From the human T2T-CHM13v2.0 reference genome, Homo sapiens, in assembly GCF_009914755.1 (NCBI RefSeq), contig NC_060933.1: a stretch of DNA of 64,000 nt. One strand, given 5' to 3'. Position numbers and translations under genes: made by a program. The notes beneath the pieces were generated by a model, which was not told the DNA's origin, did no database searches, and was given only the letters and a program-made list of their open reading frames with translations. Position 1 is the stretch's first letter; every line of letters starts with the position of its first letter. Shown here in pieces: positions 58,001 through 64,000 of the stretch.

Positions 58001-61000
58001 ACACGAGTGGAATGGCATGGATTGGAATGTAATGGAATGGAATCAACCCGAGTACAGCGGAATGGAATGGAATGGAATGCAATGGAATGGAATCATCCAT
58101 AATGGAATGGAAAGGAATGGAATGGAATGGAATGGAATGGAATGGAATGGAATCAACTCGATTGCAATCGAATGGAATGGAGTGCAATTAACCCGAATAG
58201 AATGGAATGGAATGGAATGGAACGGAACGGAACGGAATGGAATGGAATGGAATGGAATGGAACGGAAAGGAAGGGAATGGAATGGAATAGAATGGAATGG
58301 AATGGAATCAACGCGAGTGCAGGGGAATGGAATGGAATGGAATGCAATGGAATGGAATCTTCCGGAATGGAATGGAATGGAATGGAATGGAATTGAATGG
58401 AATCAACCCGATTGCAATGGAATGGAGTGGAATGGAATGGAATGGAATGGAACAACCCGAATGGAATGGAATGTAATGGAGAGTAAGGGAGTTGAATAGA
58501 ATCAATCCGAATGTAATGGAATGGAATGGAACGGAATGGAATTGAATGGAATGGAATGGAATGCAATGGAATGGAATCAACCCGAGTGCAATGGAATGGA
58601 GAGGAATGGAATGGAATGCAATGGAAACTACGCGAATGGAATGTAATGGAGTGTAAGGGAGTTGAATAGAATCAATCCGAATGTAATGGAATGGAATGGA
58701 ACGGAATGGAATGGAATGGAATGGAATGGAATGGAATGGAATGCAATGGAATGGAATCAACCTGAGTGCAATCAAATGGAATCGAATGGAATGGAATGCA
58801 ATGGAATGGATTCAACTTGAATGGAATGGAAAGAATGGAATCAACACGAGTGGAATGGCATGGATTGGAATGGAATGGAATGGAATCAACCCGAGTACAT
58901 GGGAATGGAATGGAATGGAATGCAATGGAATGGAATAAACCGTAATGGAATGGAAAGGAATGGAATGGAATGGAATGGAATGGAATGGAATGGAATGGAA
59001 TCAACTCGATTGCAATCGAATGGAATGGAATGGAATTAACCCGAATAGAATGGAATGGAATGGAATGGAACGGAACGGAATGGAATGGAATGGAATGGAA
59101 TGGAATGCAACGGAACGGAATGGAATGGAATGGAATGGAATGGAATCCACGCGAGTGCAGGGGAATGTAATGGAATGGAATGCAATGGAATGGAATCTTC
59201 CGGAATGGAATGGAATGGAATGGAATGAAAAGTAATGGATTCAACTCGATTGCAATGGAATGGAATAGAATGGAATGGAATAGAATGGAATTAATCCGAA
59301 TAGAATGGAATGGAATGCAATGGAACGGAATGGAACGGAATGGAATGGAATGGAATAGAATGGAATTGTATGGAATGGAATGGAATGGTACGGAATAGAA
59401 TGGAATGGAACGAATTGTAATGGAATGGAATTGAATGGAATGGTATGGAATGGAATGGAATGGAATCAACGCGAGTGCAGGGGAATGTAATGGAAAGGAA
59501 TGCAATGGAATGGAATCATCCGGAATGGATTGGAATGGAATGGAATGGAATGGAATCAACCCGAGTGCAATGGAATGGAATGGAATGGAATGGAACAACC
59601 AGAATGGAATGGAATGTAATGGAGAGTAAGGGAGTTGAATAGAATCAATCCGAAAGTAATGGAATGGAATGCAACGGAATGGAATGGAATGGAATGGAAT
59701 GGAATGCAATGGAATTGAATCAACACGAGTACAATGGAATGGAATGGAATGGAATGGAATGGAATGGAATGATACGGAATAGAATGGAATGGAACGAAAT
59801 GGAATCGAATGGAATGGAATGGAATGGAATGGAATGGAATGGAATCAACCCGAGTGCAGGGGAATGGAATGGAATGGAATGCAATGGAATGGAATCATCC
59901 GGAATGGAATGGAATGGAATGGAATGCAAAGCAATGGAATCAACTCGATTGCAATGGAATGGAATGGAATGGAAAGGAATACATTGGAATCAACCCGAGT
60001 GGAATGGAATGGAAAGGACTGGAATGGAGTGGAATGGAATGGAATGGAATGGAATGGAATCAACTCGATTGGAATGGAATGGAATGGAATGGAATGGAAT
60101 TAACCCGAATAGAATGGAATGGAATGGAATGGAACGGAACGGAATGCAATGGAATGGAATGGAATGGAATGGAATGGAATGGAATGGAATCAACCCGACT
60201 GCAGGGGAATGGAATGGAATGGAAGGCAATGGAATGGAATCATCCGGAATGGAATGGAATGGAATGCAATGGAATGGAATGGAATGGAATCAACCCGAGT
60301 GCAATGGAATGGAGTGAAATGGAATGGAATGGAATGGACACAACCAGAATGGATTGGAATATAATGGAGTGTAAGGGAATTGAATAGAATCAATCTGAAT
60401 GTAATGAAATGGAATGGAACGGAATGGAATGGAATGGAATGCAATGGAATGGAATCAACCCGAGTGCAATCGAATGGAATCGAATGGAATGGAATGCAAT
60501 GGAATGGATTCAAATTGAATGGAATGGAAAGAATGGAATCAACACGAGTGGAATGGCATGGATTGGAATGGAATGGAATGGAATCAACCCGAGTATAGGG
60601 GAATGGAATGGAATGGAATGCAATGGAATGGAATCATCCGTAATGGAATGGAAAGGAATGGAATGGAATGGAAAGGAATGGAATGGAATCAACTCGATTG
60701 CAATCGAAAGGAATGGAATGGAATTAACCCGAATAGAATGGAATGGAATGGAATGGAACGGAACGGAATGGAATGGAATGGAATGGAATGGAATGGAGTG
60801 GAAGGGAAAGGAAGGGAAAGGAATGGAATAGAATGGAATGGAATGGAATCAACGCGAGTGCATGGGAATGGAATGGAATGGAATGCAATGGAATGGAATC
60901 TTCCGGAATGGAATGGAATGGAATGGAATGGAATGGAATGGAATGGAATGGAATCAACCAGAGTGCAATGGAATGGAGTGGAATGGAATGGAATGGAATG

Positions 61001-64000
61001 GAACAACCCGAATGGAATGGAATGTAATGCAGAGTAAGGGAGTTGAATAGAATCAATCTGAATGTAATGGAATGGAATGCAACGGAATGGAATTGAATGG
61101 AATGGAATGGAATGCAATGGAATGGAATCAACCCGAGTGCAATGGAATGGAGAGGAATGGAATGGAATGGAATGGAAAGTACCCGAATGGAATGGAATGT
61201 AATGGAGTGTAAGGGAATTGAATAGAATCAATCCGAATGTTTGGAATGAAATGGGAACGGAATGGAATGGAATGGAATGGAATGCAATGGAATGCAATGG
61301 AATGGAATCAACCCGAGTGCAATCGAATGGAATCGAATGGAATGGAATGCAATGGAATGGATTCAAATTGAATGGAATGGAAAGAATGGAATCAACACGA
61401 GTGGAATGGCATGGATTGGAATGGAATGGAATGGAATCAACCCGAGTACAGGGGAATGGAATGGAATGGAATGCAATGGAATGGAATCATCCGTAATGGA
61501 ATGGAAAGGAATGGAATGGAATGGAATGGAATGGAATCAACTCGATTGCAATCGAATGGAATGGAATGCAATTAACCCGAATAGACTGGAATGGAATGGA
61601 ATGGAACGGAACGGAATGGAATGGAATGGAATGGAATGGAATGGAACGGAAAGGAAGGGAATGGAATGGAATAGAATGGAATGGAATGGAATCAACGCGA
61701 GTGCAGGGGAATGGAATGGAATGGAATGCAATGGAATGGAATCTTCCGGAATGGAATGGAATGGAATGGAATGGAATGGAATTGAATGGAATCAACCCGA
61801 GTGCAATGGAATGGAGTGGAATGGAATGGAATGGAACAACCCGAATGGAATGGAATGTAATGGAGAGTAAGGGAGTTGAATAGAATCAATTCGAATGTAA
61901 TGGAATGGAATGGAACGGAATGGAATTGAATGGAATGGAATGGAATGAAATGGAATGGAATCAACCCGAGTGCAATGGAATGGAGAGGAATGGAATGGAA
62001 TGCAATGGAAACTACCCGAATGGAATGTAATGGAGTGTAAGGGAATTGAATAGAATCAATCCGAATGTAATGGAATGGAATGGAACGGAATGGAACGGAA
62101 TGGAATGGAATGGAATGGAATGCAATAGAATGGAATCAACCCGAGTGCAATCAAATGGAATCGAATGGAATGGAATGCAATGGAATGGATTCAACTTGAA
62201 TGGAATGGAAAGAATGGAATCAACAGGAGTGGAATGGCATGGATTGGAATGGAATGGAATGGAATCAACCCGAGTACAGGGGAATGGAATGGAATGGAAT
62301 GCAATGGAATGGAATCAACCGTAATGGAATTGAAAGGAATGGAATGGAATGGAATGGAATGGAATGGAATGGAATGGAATGGAATCAACTCGATTGCAAT
62401 CGAATGGAATGGAATGGAATTAACCCGAATAGAATGGAATGGAATGGAATGGAACGGAACGGAATGGAATGGAATGGAATGGAATGGAATGGAACGTAAC
62501 GGAATGGAATGGAATGGAATGGAATGGAATCAACGCGAGTGCAGGGGAATGGAATGGAATGGAATGCAATGGAATGGAATCTTCCGGAATGGAATGAAAT
62601 GGAATGGAATGGAATGAAATGCAATGGATTCAACTCGATTGCAATGGAATGGAATAGAATGGAATGGAATGGAATGGAATGGAATTAATCCGAATAGAAT
62701 GGAATGGAATGCAATGGAACGGAATGGAATGGAATGGAATGGAATGGAATTGTATGGAATGGAATGGAATGGTACGGAATAGAATGGAATGGAACGAATT
62801 GTAATGCAATGGAATGGAATGGAATGGAATGGAATCAACGCGAGTCCAGGGGAATGTAATGTAAAGGAATGCAATGGAATGGAATCATCCGGAATGGAAT
62901 GGAATGGAATGGAATGGAATCAACCCGAGTGCAATGGAATGGAGTGGAATGGAATGGAATGGAATGGAACAACCAGAATGGAATGGAATGTAATGGAGAG
63001 TAAGGGAGTTGAATAGAATCAATCCGAATGTAATGGAATGGAATGCAACGGAATGGAATGGAATGGAATGGAATGGAATGCAATGGAATTGAATCAACCC
63101 GAGTACAATGGAATGGAATGGAATGGAATGGAATGGAATGGAATGGAATGGAATGGAATGATACGGAATAGAATGGAATGGAACGAAATGGAATGGAAAG
63201 GAATGGAATGGAATGGAATGGAATGGAATGGAATGGAATCAACCCGAGTGCAGGGGAATGGAATGGAATGGAATGCAATGGAATGGAATCATCCGGAATG
63301 GAATGGAATGGAATGGAATGCAAAGCAATGGAATCAACTCGATTGCAATGGAATGGAATGGAATGGAAAGGAATTCATTGGAATCAACCCGAGTGGAATG
63401 GAACGGAAAGGACTGGAATGGAGTGGAATGGAATGGAATGGAATGGAATGGAATGGAATCAACTCGATTGGAATGGAATGGAATGGAATGGAATTAACCC
63501 GAATAGAATGGAATGGAATGGAATGGAACGGAACGGAACGGAATGGAATGGAATGGAATGGAATGGAATGGAATGGAATGGAATCAACCCGACTGCAGGG
63601 GAATGGAATGGAATGGAAGGCAATGGAATGGATTCAACTTGAATGGAATGGAAAGAATGGAATCAACACGAGTGGAATGGCATGGATTGGAATGGAATGG
63701 AATGGAATCAACCCGAGTACAGGGGAATGGAATGGAATGGAATGCAATGGAATGGAATCATCCGTAATGGAATGGAAAGGAATGGAATGGAATGGAATGG
63801 AATGGAATGGAATGGAATTGAATGGAATGGAATCAACTCGATTGCAATCGAATGGAATGGAATGGAATTAACCCGAATAGAATGGAATGGAATGGAATGG
63901 AACGGAACGGAACGGAACGGAACGGAGTGGAATGGAATGGAATGGAATTGTATGGAATGGAATGGCATGGTACGAAATAGAATGGAATGGAAAGAATTGG
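55060..64000 (+). repeat. Copy 2 of the long duplication, truncated by the window end
   Basis: Matches 16554-25479. The offset steps 38506 > 38511 > 38516 > 38531 > 38521 through whole-pentamer indels. The last bases (AAAGAATTGG) correspond to 25470-25479. Confidence 0.97.

Larger units (their letters stand above)
1..64000 (+). repeat. Satellite III (HSat3) array: (GGAAT)n with CAACCCGAGT-type spacers, G-rich strand on +
   Basis: GGAAT pentamers dominate from the first to the last line. They are interrupted every few dozen bp by CAACCCGAGT/CAACTCGATT-like decamers, the established signature of satellite III (HSat2 is instead built on CATTCGATTC-rich units). Orientation is the same throughout. 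Confidence 0.98.

Noticed and set aside
168-63725. G-quadruplexes at GCAGGGG / ACAGGGG
   Set aside because: The G4-length runs are isolated, typically more than 50 bp apart, and separated by GG-only pentamers. There is no canonical four-tract G3+ motif.
14-63968. Hundreds of ORFs encoding MEWNG- or FHSIP-repeat peptides (up to 345 aa)
   Set aside because: A pure GGAAT repeat has no stop codon in any frame, contains ATG every 5 nt and gives the same pentapeptide in all three frames. There is no domain content, codon structure or gene context. These are repeat artefacts, not CDS.
1-64000. CRISPR-like alternation of repeats and spacers
   Set aside because: The spacers are not unique. They are a few recurrent degenerate pentamers, the repeat runs vary in length, and there are no cas genes or leader.
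1-64000. Pathogenic (TGGAA)n expansion of SCA31 type / poly-WNGME translation
   Set aside because: There is no flanking unique or intronic sequence, and the 64 kb spacer-punctuated structure is that of constitutive satellite III. Nothing in the sequence supports translation.
1-64000. Telomeric, alpha-satellite, HSat2, DYZ1 (3.6 kb) or D15Z1 (1.8 kb) identity
   Set aside because: I see no TTAGGG arrays, no 171 bp monomers or CENP-B boxes, no CATTCGATTC-dominated units and no regular 3.6 or 1.8 kb period. The 1.74 and 3.4 kb offsets are isolated pairs.
1-64000. Inversion or transposon (Alu/L1) insertion within the array
   Set aside because: No CATTC-oriented stretch, poly-A tail, target-site duplication or non-satellite sequence was seen on reading through the window.

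Overview
The whole 64 kb window is one uninterrupted array of classical satellite III (HSat3) DNA. It consists of (GGAAT)n runs on the + strand, punctuated by a small vocabulary of CpG-bearing spacers (CAACCCGAGT, CAACTCGATT, CAACGCGAGTGCAGGG, CATCCGG/CTTCCGG, TAACCCGAATA, GTAAGGGA). It looks human/hominid pericentromeric, and the spacer modules resemble the chromosome 9q12 type (pHuR98-like; recalled from memory, not searched). I see no genes, transposons, inversions or unique DNA. All listed ORFs (MEWNG / FHSIP repeats) are by-products of the pentamer. The interest is in the array architecture. (1) About 8.9 kb (55.06-64.0 kb) is a near-identical copy of 16.55-25.48 kb, implying a ~38.5 kb macro-repeat with a visible junction. 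(2) Nested older duplications of 0.73, 1.1, 1.56, 1.74 and ~3.4 kb are present. (3) A distinct sub-domain at ~37.7-45.9 kb has its own ~1 kb unit. (4) Roughly 38-40 perfect heat-shock elements (gGAAt-cTTCc-gGAAt) are created by one spacer variant and are almost absent from that sub-domain. All comparisons and counts were made by eye or from ORF-track offsets.
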